The position numbers and the translations under genes were made by a program. A stretch of 64,000 bases of DNA from Eledone cirrhosa (taxonomy: Eukaryota): NCBI GenBank assembly GCA_964016885.1, contig OZ024741.1:335420001-335484000 (forward strand), read 5' to 3'. The notes beneath the pieces are model-generated. The model was not told the DNA's origin, made no database searches, and saw only the letters and a list, made by a program, of their open reading frames with translations. Within the stretch, counting starts at the first letter, position 1. The number at the start of each line of letters is the position of its first letter. Positions 36,941 through 50,349 of the stretch are shown here, piece by piece.

Positions 36941-37399
36941 TTTACACCTACCTCCTCATAATTCTATGTAAGCTCATTTATGAAGCTAAGTTCCAAACAC
37001 AAATTAAATAATGAGAATGTTAGTTATTAAATACCACTGATTCTTGATTATTTTCATAGACAGTGTCTTTCCTGAGAAATATGGTAATGGAAGTGTCAAT
37101 CCCGAAGGCAAATGAAACAACACCGCCTCTTCCCCAATGCTGAACCCATATCTTCCAGTAAGATTGTAAATGGTATACACCACTCAAGTATCATAACATT
37201 CACTTTAATTAAAAGCCAGCAGCTTGTCTGACTTTTCTGTTCGACAAATATGATATAGGCTTTCTGCTAGTTAAAGTAAACCACTACAGCCATGTTTTTA
37301 TTGCTGTTGGTTTCTGACTCTATCTGTGATACATTTGTTAATTAACAATTTGTCTATTCCACCAAATACTGCTTGGTAGATACCTATCTGACTCCCCTT

Positions 37400-38600
37400 G
37401 TGTGTCACATGTCATTTTGATCAACATCTTTCTGCCTATCAGTTGCTAATATTTCATCAGAAATATTGCTTCAGGTTCTTATATAAGTGATTAACTTGTA
37501 ATTCTCTTTGGCACGCAAGTTTTCCAACATAGGTAGAAGAAAAGACAGTTGAAGCCAAGGCTTTCTAATTTAAAATGGCATGGAGATTAAGAACCCATAC
37601 TTGCATTACATGACTCATTACTTTCCAAAGAGAGCAGAAGTTCTTCCGCCAATTCTTATGAATACTATCAATACTCAGTACAAATCAATTTCCCATTCTT
37701 TTTTTCTAAGAATCTCTTGAATGTCTTTCACACTTATGATAAAGTCTTTTGCACTTTTCACCTCCCCTCACAATTTCTCAGCTATTCTTTCTATCCATTG
37801 TTATGCTGGTTTTTGTACTTTTTCCTTCTGATATTCTAACTTAGAACTCTAACTAATCTTTACTTAGTCTCAAACCACTTATCCGATTTGCAACCCACAT
37901 CCTATCTTTCACACAACATTAACTTTCAGCAAGCAATAGTGGTATTCTTTACTTTTCTACCTTTATATCTTTCTGTCTCTCATAGCATTTTACTAAGTCT
38001 TATTTCATGTAACAACTTGTAAATCATTAACTCTTAATACTTTACAATCTGTAATTATCTTTCAAAAATATTCTTTTTTTTTAGCTTGATCCTGTCTTCT
38101 ATTCCTACATTCATAGATCAAGCTATGAATGTGGGAAAAGAAAACTGGATGCTATGAACTTATCAAAACTATATATTAGGCTTTTAGAGTGGTTTATACC
38201 CTCTATCATCTGCATTTTTTTCTCAAGTAACCATGTTCAACTTTCTCAGCGAACTTGTCTATTTTTCATTTTGCTCAATTATTGAGTAGAGTCTTCCAGT
38301 GTTCCAATGAGAAGGATTTATGTCAGCTTATATTTTATATCCCTCTCTAAACCAGTTTTTCCTATCCTCAATAAACTTAGGCAAAATGGTTACTGACTTT
38401 TTCATCTGTTGAAGATGTTTCTTCAGTGATACTATTTGGGTCTTGTGTGATGTTAATATGGATTTTAAGCTCCAACAACACTTCTTACACAGGAAATATA
38501 GCTTATCCATGTCACCATTCATGTTACAGTTTCCAGTAACACTGAGCAGCTTGTGAGTCCTTATATCCATCTCATTCAGTTCTTACAATACCAAATGCTG
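37400..38600 (-). pseudogene. Possible decayed LINE ORF1 (PHD-like plus coiled-coil)
   Basis: Remnant ..HKL..LYFLCKKC followed by heptad-like sequence; minus strand is purine-rich; heavily degraded. Confidence 0.3.
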
Positions 38601-39282
38601 GAGTTAGGATGGACATAGCAAAAGTATTATGGACAATATGCTTGTTGTACACAGTGAATTCTGATGATTATATTCTCTTTATACTCCTGAGATATTTATT
38701 CCTAGTCTTCTCCTTATTTGTGGTGCCATCATATCTGACATGCTCATCCTGTCCAAGACATGTGGTTGTCACCTGACAGTAGATGCTCAATTGTCAAGCC
38801 ATTTATTTTCTGTGTGTGTGTGTGTATATGTCTGTTCATGTGTTTCTCTGTGTATATATGTATGCATATACATGAATATATATATATTTATGTACATATT
38901 ATGTATCTATATTTGTGTTTGTTTGTATGTGTATTTTATACATAAATATATATATATATATATATATATACATAAGTATTTCTGTGTGTATTATGTACAT
39001 ACATAAATATGCATGTATTTAACTAAGTATGTGTGTATGTATGCATGGATGTATGTATGTATATGTGTATGTTTGTTTATATGTGTGTATATATGTATTT
39101 ATATGTATGTATGTTATATGGCTAGTGTGGCAATATAATCCCTTGACCACAAAGCAAGATGACACTGTCATATTTATCAAATTTTAAATGAATATATATC
39201 ACTGGGTATATACATGTATGTATGTGTCTATGTATGTGTGTATGCAAATATGTATGTGTGTGTGTATAGATGTATGAATGTA

Positions 39283-39329
<47 letters not shown>

Positions 39330-40231
39330 GTATGTGTGAGTATAGATGTATGTATGTGCATGTATATATGTATGATTCTATGTATGTGTCTATGTATGTA
39401 TGTATATTTGTGCATATGTATCTAGGTGCAGATTTATGTATGTGTATGTGTTTATATAGATGTGTGTGTGTGCATTGATGTATGTATGTGTGTGTTCCAT
39501 CTTTCACACCAGTGTGATCACACAGCATTTAAAATCTATCAAATTACAAGATACATGTATAAATGCAAGTATATCTCTCAGTGTGTGTATGTGTGTATAT
39601 GTGTGCATGTCTGTGTGTTTGTGTGTGTATGTATGCATGTATGTATGTGTGTGTGTGCATGCAGTATCTATTTGTACAATTATTTATGTATGTATTCACT
39701 TGCCATCCTATTTGTACATAGCATATTGAAATTTAATAAATTACCATAATCATGCATATATTCATTTATATACATACATACTTAGGAAAGTATGTGGCTT
39801 GCTGGTTAGGGTATTTAAATCATTGTAAGAACGGGAGTTCAATTCCCAGATGTGCGTTATGTCCTTGAGCAAGACATACTTCCCATTGCTGCAGTCTACA
39901 GTGGATTGGTGGTTAGAATATTTAGCTCAGGATTATTTATAAGGACATGAGTTTGATTCCCAGTGGTATGTTTGTCCTTGAGCAAGATTTATCTCATATT
40001 ATTCCACTCTATTGTGGCTTGGTGGCTAGAGTATTTAACTCAGAAATGTAAAGAGATGAGAAAATATAATCCGCTATGTGAGAGCGAAAAATCAAATTCT
40101 AATTTTGTTTTTAACTTTCAGCAAAATCAACTGTCAAATCGCTCAGTATATAAATGAGGCTAATCAGCCGATGTATACATTAGAAAATATTATATATGTT
40201 CAACAGTTCAAGCAAGTGGCAGAGAAATACA

Positions 40232-40268
40232 GTCTTGACAAAGGGCAATAACCCAGAAACATGTTGAC
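40232..40268 (+). ncRNA. Minimal type I hammerhead-like motif, U3-A8 variant
   Basis: GTC-TTGACAA-A-GGG/caataa/CCC-A-GAAAC-AT-GTT-GAC: stem I GTC/GAC, stem II GGG/CCC, palindromic ACATGT stem III. Confidence 0.55.
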
Positions 40269-40660
40269 AGTTTTTCTATGTCACTGCTAGAACAAACAGA
40301 TGACGATGAAGATCTAAGAAACGAATTGAATATTAGTATTAATATTCAATATAAAACTCATAAATATATTTATGTAACTTGCTATGTGAGAATGAGAAAT
40401 AAAACTCTAATTTTGTTTTTATATTTATATATATATACGAGCGAGACACGGTCTCCTGACCAATCTTGCCTCAAATGGGACAATTCCAGTCTACTCCATG
40501 CTAGTGTGGAAGATAGACGTTAAAAGGTGATGATGATATATATATATATATATTAATCAATGAAAAAAGAGTTAGTCGATTTGTAATCAACTGACTCTTA
40601 TATATAAGAGTTTCCAAGCACTCAACGGTATATATTTATCTGGAGTATTATTGTAATAAT

Positions 40661-40849
40661 AATTATTTCTACTTTTGGCACAAGGCCAGCAATTATCCCA
40701 GTGTATTACTGGTACTTTATTTTATCGACCCCGTAAGGATGAAAGGCAAAGTTAACCTCGTCGGGATTTGAACTCAGACCATAAAGGGCCGTAACTCTTT
40801 GCTGCAAAGCATGGCGTCCGACCCTCTACCGATACTGCCAATCCACCGC
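40661..40849 (-). mobile_element. SINE family 1, young full copy
   Basis: Close reverse-complement match to 49739-49929. Confidence 0.9.
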
Positions 40850-40854
40850 AAACC

Positions 40855-40906
40855 AAAGATATATACTTTATATCATCTCTAGAGATGATATAAAGTATAT
40901 ATCTTT
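40855..40906. repeat. Perfect 52-bp spacerless palindrome
   Basis: AAAGATATATACTTTATATCATCTCT|AGAGATGATATAAAGTATATATCTTT. Confidence 0.95.
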
Positions 40907-41312
40907 CATTTATTACTATTATTATTATATGTATATATATATATAAACACACACATATATATATGCCTATAAAAACACATGTACAAGTTGTGTTTCACTT
41001 CAGTTTATTATTATAATTTCCCATCAGTTAGTTTAATAACTGGATGGGTGTTTAGTTGTTGATTGTCAAAGCTTTTTGTCACACATTCTGTGACCTCTTC
41101 AGTGACTACATTTAAACTAATTGACAGGAAACTATAAAAATAAATTGAAGTGAAACTCAGCTAGTGCATGTGTTTTTATTGGCAGCATGACTCTTCCAAA
41201 GTGTAACAATATCTGTTTCAACACGTTTTCACATAAAAATCTTGCAAAATAAATTCAAAAACAAAGTATATATGTGTGTATGTGTGTATATATATGTGTG
41301 TATGTTTATACA

Positions 41313-41365
<53 letters not shown>

Positions 41366-41375
41366 GTATGTTTAT

Positions 41376-41450
<75 letters not shown>

Positions 41451-42052
41451 TATATATATACATATATATATGTTTATATATATAGATATATATGTGTATG
41501 TTTATATATATATATAAATATATATATATACATATATATGTATATATACATAATTTATATATATGTGTGTGTGTATGTTTATATATATATATATTTATAT
41601 ATATATTTGCCATGTGTATGTTTATATGTAGCAAATATAGAATGAGTATGATTTATATATATCAAACTTTCTTTATATATATAGCAATAGATGGCTTATA
41701 ATATAAAGTTTGTAAAGGGTTTCTATCATTCATCTTGCTGTTCACAACATATAAACATACAAATTAGATATACTTGTCTTTAAAGTAAATTTTTTTCTCT
41801 ATAAATGGCCAGCTGATTAACATTTATCTGTGTATAGAGACATCCATCATGATATTGTCACGCCATCTCTTCAACTCTTTCATGTAAAGAGGATACAATA
41901 TTTCTGTGATGTCTACTATAAAATTCTATAAAGTATTCGTGGTTTTTGTTGTTGTCGTTGTTCAGCCCTCAGGTCAGATCAAATTGAGCGACCCCATGAT
42001 CAAAGGCATTCCAACCATAATAATCCCATTACTATATATATATACATATATA

Positions 42053-42168
<116 letters not shown>

Positions 42169-42645
42169 TGAAAGAGATCAGGATTATACCAGTTTTAAAC
42201 TACTAAATCTATTATTCAGCAGAGACTCAATACATGGGATAGTAGAGTATAAATATAGTGTAGAGTCGGGGCCCGACAGGTGAGCTGTTCCCGTGTCAAC
42301 AGCAAATCCCAACCAGAGTCTGGAATTTGCTGTCAAAATGGCAAGAGCTCAGCTCTTGAGCCTCGATACTCTACTATATATATATATATATATATAATTA
42401 TATCGTGCACTATTCTCCAAAGTGTTATAATCTGTGTTTTAGTGTTGTGAAGAGCTTGGGGTAATTTGGTTATTACATCTAGAAGGTCAAACAACCATAT
42501 AGAGGTTTTCCAATAGCGCTGCCTACACCTGTTTTTTGTGTAGGTAAATACTGTATATATATATATATATATATATTTACATATATATAATTATATGTGA
42601 GAAAAGTAAATGAGATGAAAATAAAATTTACCAATTTACTTTGAT

Positions 42646-42740
42646 GTCCCAACTGCAGTTTCTCTGTGTAATGGCAGCTTTGAATATTCTAATAATTTAG
42701 GATATTCCTCACTATGAGACTTCACAGCTCCTCAGGGAAC
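42646..42740 (-). ncRNA. Type I hammerhead-like motif with long branched stem II
   Basis: Minus strand GTTCC-CTGAGGA-G-CTGTG...CACAG-A-GAAA-CTGCA-GTT-GGGAC; stems I, II and palindromic III all present. Confidence 0.65.
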
Positions 42741-43847
42741 TTCTCAATCCAAGAAAAATGCTTTCAAGTGATCCATTACCAGTGATAATTTCGAATGGGA
42801 GATATATAGTCAACAGAAGGGTATCAGTAGGTAGATGATGGCTACTAGAACAAAATTATAATTTTGTTCTATACTCCCTTATGGTTGAGTAAAATATTAG
42901 GCTGAAACTAACTGCTCCTTCCAACTTTTGCTAGCAGGGAAAGCAATCATTAAAACAATGATGATGATAATATATATATATACAGATATACATCTATATT
43001 TTGTTGTGTGCTCAATCCTCCATATACTAGTGATGGTTAATTGACTAACACAAAAATATACCAAATATATATAGATATATACATACATATACATATATAG
43101 AATAACAACTGATGTTATTACATTGAGCTATTTATCTTACTGGTAATAAGGTAGTAAGAAATTACTGTCTTTCACTGTTTAGGGTTTAAAATATATATAA
43201 CTATAAAAAGTTTTAGTATATACATAACCATAAATAGTATCCTTAATACTACATATACATATATACATTTATATATATACACATATATATATATAGAGAG
43301 GGGGGTAGTGAGAAACATACGTAGATACATCCAAACATAAATACATACATACATTTATAAATATATTTTCCAAGAGATAGCAAAATGAACAGACCAACTT
43401 TTTCTCGAAGAGATTTTTTCATTACCACCCCTGTTCACTCTCCTCTATCTTTCTATTTCTTCTTTAATCTCTCATTATATTGTCTGACAAAGGACTAGCG
43501 TCCAAAACATTAAGACTTTTCCCACTATATAAAGCATGGAACTAATATATATCTTCATTGTACTTCATCAACTATTGTTTTTTCCATTTACGTTTTGCAC
43601 ATATATATATATATATCATATTTGAGCTCTAGAAATTTGTTTTCTTTATATCACAATGTGTCTTCTGCTTTTCAACGAATGTTATATGGCTATGTTTGTT
43701 GATAGTATATTGGTCAACGACCTGAAAGATTGCTGATTCATGCCATGTCATGTCACAAACACCGCATTATATCGATGGCTAGCAAAACGCCTTTGTTTCA
43801 AATGGCTGGGTACAACTAGCTATTAGTTGTTATTGTTGCTGTTTAGC

Positions 43848-43848
<1 letters not shown>

Positions 43849-43881
<33 letters not shown>

Positions 43882-44210
43882 GCCATCATTATCATCATCA
43901 TCATCATCATCATCGTCATCACCACCACCATCAGCATCACCACCACCATCATCATCATCAAAATCACCATCAACATCATCCTCATCACCATCACCATCAT
44001 TGTTATCGTCATCACCACCACCATGATTTTCATCATCATCATCAACATCACCATCATCATCACCCTCGTCTTCTTTGCCACCATCACCACCATCATCCTC
44101 GCCATCACCACCATCATCACCATCATCATCATCATCATCACTACCATAACCATTATCATCATTCCCACCACCACCATCATCATCGTCCTCATCATCATCC
44201 TCATCATCAT
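43849..44210. repeat. (CAT/CAC)n trinucleotide repeat
   Basis: Direct reading; similar tracts at 22331-22480, 57376-57465 and 62070-62360. Confidence 0.95.
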
Positions 44211-44791
44211 TTATAGCATCATTGACAAAATCACTGGTGATCACAGTGGCCACTGTATTTGAATTAATTAATGAAAATTTTTGGGGGATTTATTAAAATT
44301 ATTAATTATTTCATTATTAAGATAATTGTTTCTCCTTTTGGCACAAGGCCAGCAATTACCCAGTGTATTACTGGTACTTTATTTTATCAACCCCATAAGG
44401 ATGAAAGGCAAAGTTAACCTCGGCGGGGTGGGTTAGCAGTATCAATAGAGCATAGGAAAAATGTTTTGTGTTTTTCAGTTATGAGTTTCTACATTCTAGT
44501 TTTAAATCCTACTGAGGTCATTATCGTAGTAAAGCACTGGGGTTGATACCAGTAAAGTACTGGGGTTGATATAATCATCTTTCCTGTCCGCTTCAAATTG
44601 GTGACTTTGTGCCAATGCCAATACTAGACAGAATTCTAAAGATGTTATATGTAACATAACCTAACAAATGGTTCTTATATCAAATTATGTTGCAGGATTT
44701 TGGTTTAAACCATTGATTTTGTTTCATAGAACCAAAGTCAGTTTTGAGGGCAAGTTGTTACAAAAGGAGTAACATTTTTGTTGCCATATTA

Positions 44792-45170
44792 ATAATGGTT
44801 TCTACTTTTGGCACAAGGCCAGCAATTATCCCAGTGCATTACTGGTACTTTATTTTATCGACCCCCGTAAGGATGAAAGGCAAAGTTAACCTCGGCGGGA
44901 TTTGAACTTAGAATAGCAAGGGCCGTAACTCTATGCGTCAAAGCATGGCATCCGACCCTCTACCAATACTGCCAATAGGCACAATTTATGAAGGAGGGGA
45001 AAGGCAATTAAATTGACCTCAGTGCATTACTGGTACTTTATTTTATCAGACCAAAAGGATGAAAGGCAAAGCTAACCTCAGCAGGATTTGAACTAACAAC
45101 CCAAAAGGACATAACTATATGCTTCAAAGCATGTTGTTTCACTCTTTACCAATTTAGTCAATTCACCACC
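44792..45170 (-). mobile_element. Two tandem SINE family 1 copies
   Basis: Core and B-box repeated at about 44860-44910 and 45030-45095; more partial copies at 44323-44630 and 45400-45543. Confidence 0.8.
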
Positions 45171-45810
45171 CTTGTTATCATATTAATAATGAAATACACT
45201 GCCTATGCGTATCAGATAATTCCCAAAACAATAAAATATTTTGAAGAATTTAATTAAATAACTAAATTTTTAATTAGTAAGCTGATATTTAGAACATTAA
45301 TTAGCAAAAATTTCTAAAATAAATTATGATGGTATGAATACCATCATTGTCATCATTTTACATTGACTTATCCATTCCGGCATGGGTTTGGCAAGTTGGT
45401 ATAAGTTCAAATACCACTGAGGTTAGTTTTGCCTTTCATCCTTATGGGATCAATAAAATAAAGCACCAGTAATATACTGGGATTGATTTAATTGACTTTC
45501 CTATTTCCCAAAATTGTTGGCCTTGTGCCTAAATCAAAAATCATACTGAGTTCAAATCATGGTGTGCCTATTCTGAAAACCATAAGTATAAACATTTAAA
45601 AATGAGCAGTTTTGTGTCATAAATGCAGGCTTGTATCAAGCAGTTCAGTATCAAAGCAATCAAAATGATCCCTCCATCCCCTTTAAGAGTTTATCTCTTT
45701 ATCTCTTTTTTTTTTTCTTTTTTAATTATTGCAAGATTTCCTTCTGACTAAGGCGTTGTTTCAGAATGATAAGATTTCTTCTTTCTTTTCTTTCATGGTG
45801 TTTCCAACAG

Positions 45811-45961
45811 GTAGCTAAGGCATCACTTGATAGGAAAGATACTGAAAATGCAGTCCATCCACCCTATCGTTACAGTGAGATGTCTACAATATCAAACATT
45901 GATAACAATGGACACAGTACTTCTAAGAAAGGAAATATCCACCACATTGAAGAACAATCAG
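45811..45961 (+). CDS. Probable internal coding exon of an unidentified host gene
   Basis: Pyrimidine tract + CAACAG acceptor; open non-repetitive frame VAKASLDRKD...HHIEEQS; donor CAG|GTATGA; ends in phase 1, matching the next exon. Confidence 0.6.
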
Positions 45962-46151
45962 GTATGAATTTAAACTCTTTAACATCCTGCAATGATTTTG
46001 CTTGGGGTCCTAGTCAGATCAATTGGATCAGTTGTTTCTGACAGGACCTGCTGAAAGGAGAGTTTAAGGACTCTGTCCTCAGGACCCTCCCAGAAATAAG
46101 TGGAAAGAGGAGGAGAAGCCACCATTGTTATCTAAATATGGGTCTTTTTAA

Positions 46152-46745
46152 CCCTTTCATTAATGCATTTCTAATGAAATACACTCTATTTTAATTAATT
46201 AATAAAGAGTTTTGAGAGATTTACTAAAATTATTAATTATTTCTTTACTAAGATAGTAACTTTGTGTAAGGTTCTTTTATAAAATAATGTTGGAAGATTC
46301 TAATTTAAATTGGAAACATTTAAAATGGGTGATTTTATTTCATAGAACCAGAGCCAGTTTTGGCTGGGTTGGTAATTAAAGGGTTAACCCATTTGATACT
46401 AAACGACCTCATTTTTATGATATGAAAATGTTTATTATAAAGGGTTTATAGTTATTGAAAAATATTCCATCATAACTTTATAAAAGATCCTTTAACCCTT
46501 TTGTCGCCAACCCCGCCCAAACTGGTTCTGGTTCTATGAAATAATGCCACCCATTTTAAAGGTTTCCAATTTAAATTAAAATTTTCCAATATGAACGGAT
46601 ATAAAAAAACTTTGTTAAGTCATGTTCCAAACACCAGCTTAATAAGGAGAAAGTTATATTACTAAGTCCATCTAAATTCTTGATTATTTAAAAAAAAATT
46701 GTTTGAAAACTATAGGCAGTGTATTTCATCAGAAATATAGTAAGA
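46152..46745. mobile_element. Cluster of TTAA|CCC..GGG|TTAA piggyBac-like MITEs
   Basis: TTAA-CCCTTT (46148) ... AAAGGG-TTAA (46387); a second start shares that TTAA; inverted relative from 46496. Confidence 0.6.
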
Positions 46746-46778
46746 GCTAATGTCCAGTAATAATTTGCCAGATGGCTA

Positions 46779-48918
46779 CCGTATATACTCGCGTATAGGT
46801 CGCCCCGGCAGATAGGTCGCATACCCACTTTTCATTTAACAAATAGGCTATTTGCCATTGACTCGCAGATAGGTCGCACTGAAATTTGGGCTGTCAAACT
46901 ACTATTTTTTATGATAATTGAAACTAATAATCTGTTAGCTTTCCATTACTTCGCCGTTGCGATATATACTCCAAACCATGTTTTATATATAAAATAAACA
47001 TTAACGTCATCGAAATCTCGTCAATTTGAGATTACTGCGAGATAAAGCCTTTAAGCGTGAAAATTAACTCTTAATATAGTGAAACAAATTAAAATAACAC
47101 GTGTTTTTTAACGTTGAAAGTGTAACAGATTTTTTGCATATCAACATGGCTTCCCAAAGTAGCGAATACCGACTTTGAAGGTTTTACATGCGACGACATT
47201 CAGAATGAAAAAGAAACACAAGATAATATTAGTGATTTATCTTCAAATGAATCAGACATATTTATTTCTGACGATGATAGTTACTTTGAAGGCGAAAGCG
47301 AAGATCTGATGGACACCATTGAAAATATTACAGCAACGTGGTTGAAAGATACAACACCAATACATGTTCACACCTGTTAATGAACTTATATATTGGGAAC
47401 ATTCTGTTACATAAACTTACACCATACATTGTGTAAGAGTACATTGCAAATATTATTTTGACTGGTGAAAAGGATTTATACATTTTTTTCAATGAAAATA
47501 TTTGCCTGAAATGTAGAGAAAGACTAAAACCTTGTACTGATTATATCTGCATTTTTAATTAATTTACCTGTTCGGAAAACTGCTAGAATTGATGGAAGTC
47601 AACATCTAGGTCATTATTGAATTTTTTTGCAACAAATATAACAGATAAGGCAGATAAAGTTTAAATTTTTGTGTTTATCCATAAAGTTATTACTTTTACA
47701 CCTGTTAATTAATAGTTTTTTCATTTCTTCATCTGTAACTGTGCATTCGTTATAATAGTCATTCAATTCATCTTCACATTCTTCAATATCATCTCCCTCA
47801 TCACTCTCTGCATTTTCTGTCTTTTCACCAACTAAATCCTCATATAACACATCATCTTCAGTCCTGTCCATAGCATTTGATATGCCACATTTTTTGAAAG
47901 CCTTCATTATTAGCTCTTCAGGGATACTTTCCCAAGCCTCCTTCACCCACTCCACCACTAATCTCAAGCCAGGTCTTTTCAATGATCCAACTTTGGTAAT
48001 TTGTCTTTCACCTGATATTATCCAAGAAGTCCAGAGTTTACAGATTTAAGTCTTGAAGGGCTTATTTACTGCCACATCAAGGGGTTGTAAGACTGGGGTG
48101 CAACCACCAGGAATCACTGCTTGTCTTGTTTTACAATCCTTCAGCTTAGCCTTTACAGACTCACAGCAGTGAGATCAAAACATATCCCAAACTAGCAAAC
48201 TTCGTGGCTTCAGTAATGCCCCTGGCCTTTTCATCCACACTTCATCAAGCCATAACTTTGTTCTCGTCCATCCAGCCCTTCGGATGTACGTTCACAATCA
48301 CATCACTTGGAAAATTCTCTTTCGGCATAATTTTCCTTTTGAAAATAACCACAGGGCAAAGTTTTTTCCCATCAGCCTGGCATGCTAGAATAACAGTAAA
48401 ATGTTGATTTTCATGACATGTGGTTTTGACTGTAACAGTTTTGTTACCTACACTATCCACAGTTGTGTTGCCTGGCATGTCAAAGTACATGGGTGTTTCA
48501 TCCATGTTGGCTATATTCTCCATGGCAAAATCAAACATTTTTCTTTCCTTTAACACAAATTTTACAAAATACATGTTCATAGCAACGCTAAGACAATGAA
48601 ATCACATTTTAAATACCGGGTATGCATTTCTATGGATTTTAATGACGGATGGTTCGGTCAGATAGAAAAAAACGTAAACACTACAAAGTTTTAGTAAAAA
48701 ATTTAAAATCAAGAAATATATGTATAAGAAGGTAGATATATGAAATTATTATGTTAAATAATAAAAAATATTAACAAAGTTATTTTTATAAATACTCATC
48801 GTTGATTAAGTCTATGAAAAATCATTGGTCAGTCTGATGTCGATCGGATAGGTCGCACCCCAAAAATTTATACTTATTTATCGTTAAAAAAGTGCGACCT
48901 ATACGCGAGTATATATGG
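46779..48918 (-). mobile_element. pogo-like (Tc1/mariner superfamily) DNA transposon, internally deleted
   Basis: 25-bp TIRs CCGTATATACTCGCGTATAGGTCGC (24/25 match), TA on both sides, subterminal ATAGGTCGCA repeats. Confidence 0.93.
47700..48580 (-). pseudogene. DDE transposase remnant (POGK/pogo type)
   Basis: NMDETP, FTVILAC.ADGKKL, KGWMDE, LLVWD, IPGGCT..LQPLDVAVNKPFK, KAFKKCGISNA; stops and frameshifts; N-terminal HTH missing. Confidence 0.9.
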
Positions 48919-49738
48919 TAAATACAGTTTTTAAATTCAGATATTTATTGTATCATTACTAGTTGACAGATTGTCATGAAAATTTGCAATCCTATAATGA
49001 TTTACCAGAAAATGTATGAAAACTGTTTTTTAAATTCAAATGCTTATAGTGAAAATCTATAGTTTTAGTGTAAAGAGTTTTTGTTATACAGTCATAATGC
49101 TGCTTTATACTTTTTGAGAATGTTTTGGTAATGTGGTTTCATATGGTACAGGATGTTAACAGTTAATTACAAGTGGAACAAACTCTTAAATCCATCACTC
49201 CATCAACTGACACCTCTCATGGTCCAGCAAGTTGTGAATCTACCTATGTGTTCCTTAGTTGTGAAATAGCAGAGCCATTAGTATGTCAGATAGAATATTG
49301 CTGCAATCTGAATTGAAATACTGCTGAGATTGTCTCTGCTTTTCATCTTTATCCAATCCAGGGTCTTCTCACTCCTGTTGGAGGAACCCCTCCCTGGTTG
49401 ACCACCACCACTTTCTGTTTGATTTTGGTCATGTCTTCAGGGATGTAACCATATTCACCATGTTTAGCCAATTGGGAATTGGTGAGGCTATTTAACCTAT
49501 AGTTGACTCTTTTTAAAGCTATTATTTTTTGTACTGCTTGGGTTCCACTAATCCTCCTCACCAGATATAGGTTTTGTTGGGGAGCCAGTTTAGTTGTCAA
49601 CCCCTCGACCTTGAAGCCGGTTGTACTGGATTACATGGTACCAGTAGCAGACAGAATGGTTTTTTAGGGTTGATAAAATAAAGTACCAATGTATAACAAT
49701 GACAAAATGCCACATATTATTTATTCCAACTCTAAAAG

Positions 49739-50093
49739 GGCGGTGGATTGGCAGTATCGGTAGAGGGTCGGACGCCATGCTTTCCAGCATAGTTACGTCC
49801 CTTTACGATCTGAGTTCAAATCCCGCCGAGGTTGACTTTGCCTTTCATCCTTACGGGGTCGATAAAATAAAGTACCAGTAATGCACTGGGTAATTGCTGG
49901 CCTTGTGCCTAAAGTAGAAACAATTATTTATTCCAACTTTCTATGTTCTGAGTTCAAATTCCACCAAAGTCAACTTTGCCTACCTTCTGGGGTGGGGTCA
50001 ATGTATAAAGTAGCAGTCAAGTATTGTGATTGATTTAATAAACATTTCCCTGCTTTCCTCCAAATTGTTGGCCTTGTAACTAAATTAGAAACT
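49739..50093 (+). mobile_element. SINE family 1 full copy (49739-49929) plus a headless copy
   Basis: A-box, B-box GAGTTCAAATCCC, core GCCTTTCATCCTTACGGGGTCGATAAAATAAAGTACCAG. Confidence 0.9.
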
Positions 50094-50349
50094 AGTCTTT
50101 TGTAGAGCAGAACATTTTGTTAGAAAGTGTGAAGGGTAGTTTAAACATCAAGGAAATTGACATGTACTTGATGAAGTCCTTTTCTTAAAAAAAAAATGTT
50201 CTGAGTAAGAACTGACTTAGGGTGAGGCAACTCATTCAGCCCAGGTCAGGAAGGAAAGCATACATAAAACACTGATGATGATGATGATGATAAGCAGATG
50301 TTTGTATTTAGTAATTGAGTAAATTGATGAAGGTTATTATATTTATGTG

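Noticed and set aside
49345-49655. Possible LINE 5' UTR with an HDV-like ribozyme on the minus strand
   Set aside because: CCAGT/ACTGG pairing and a CTAA are present, but I could not build the P1/P3/P1.1 double pseudoknot.
49739-49830. tRNA gene
   Set aside because: A and B boxes are present, but there is no cloverleaf and it continues into the SINE core; the same holds for other copies.
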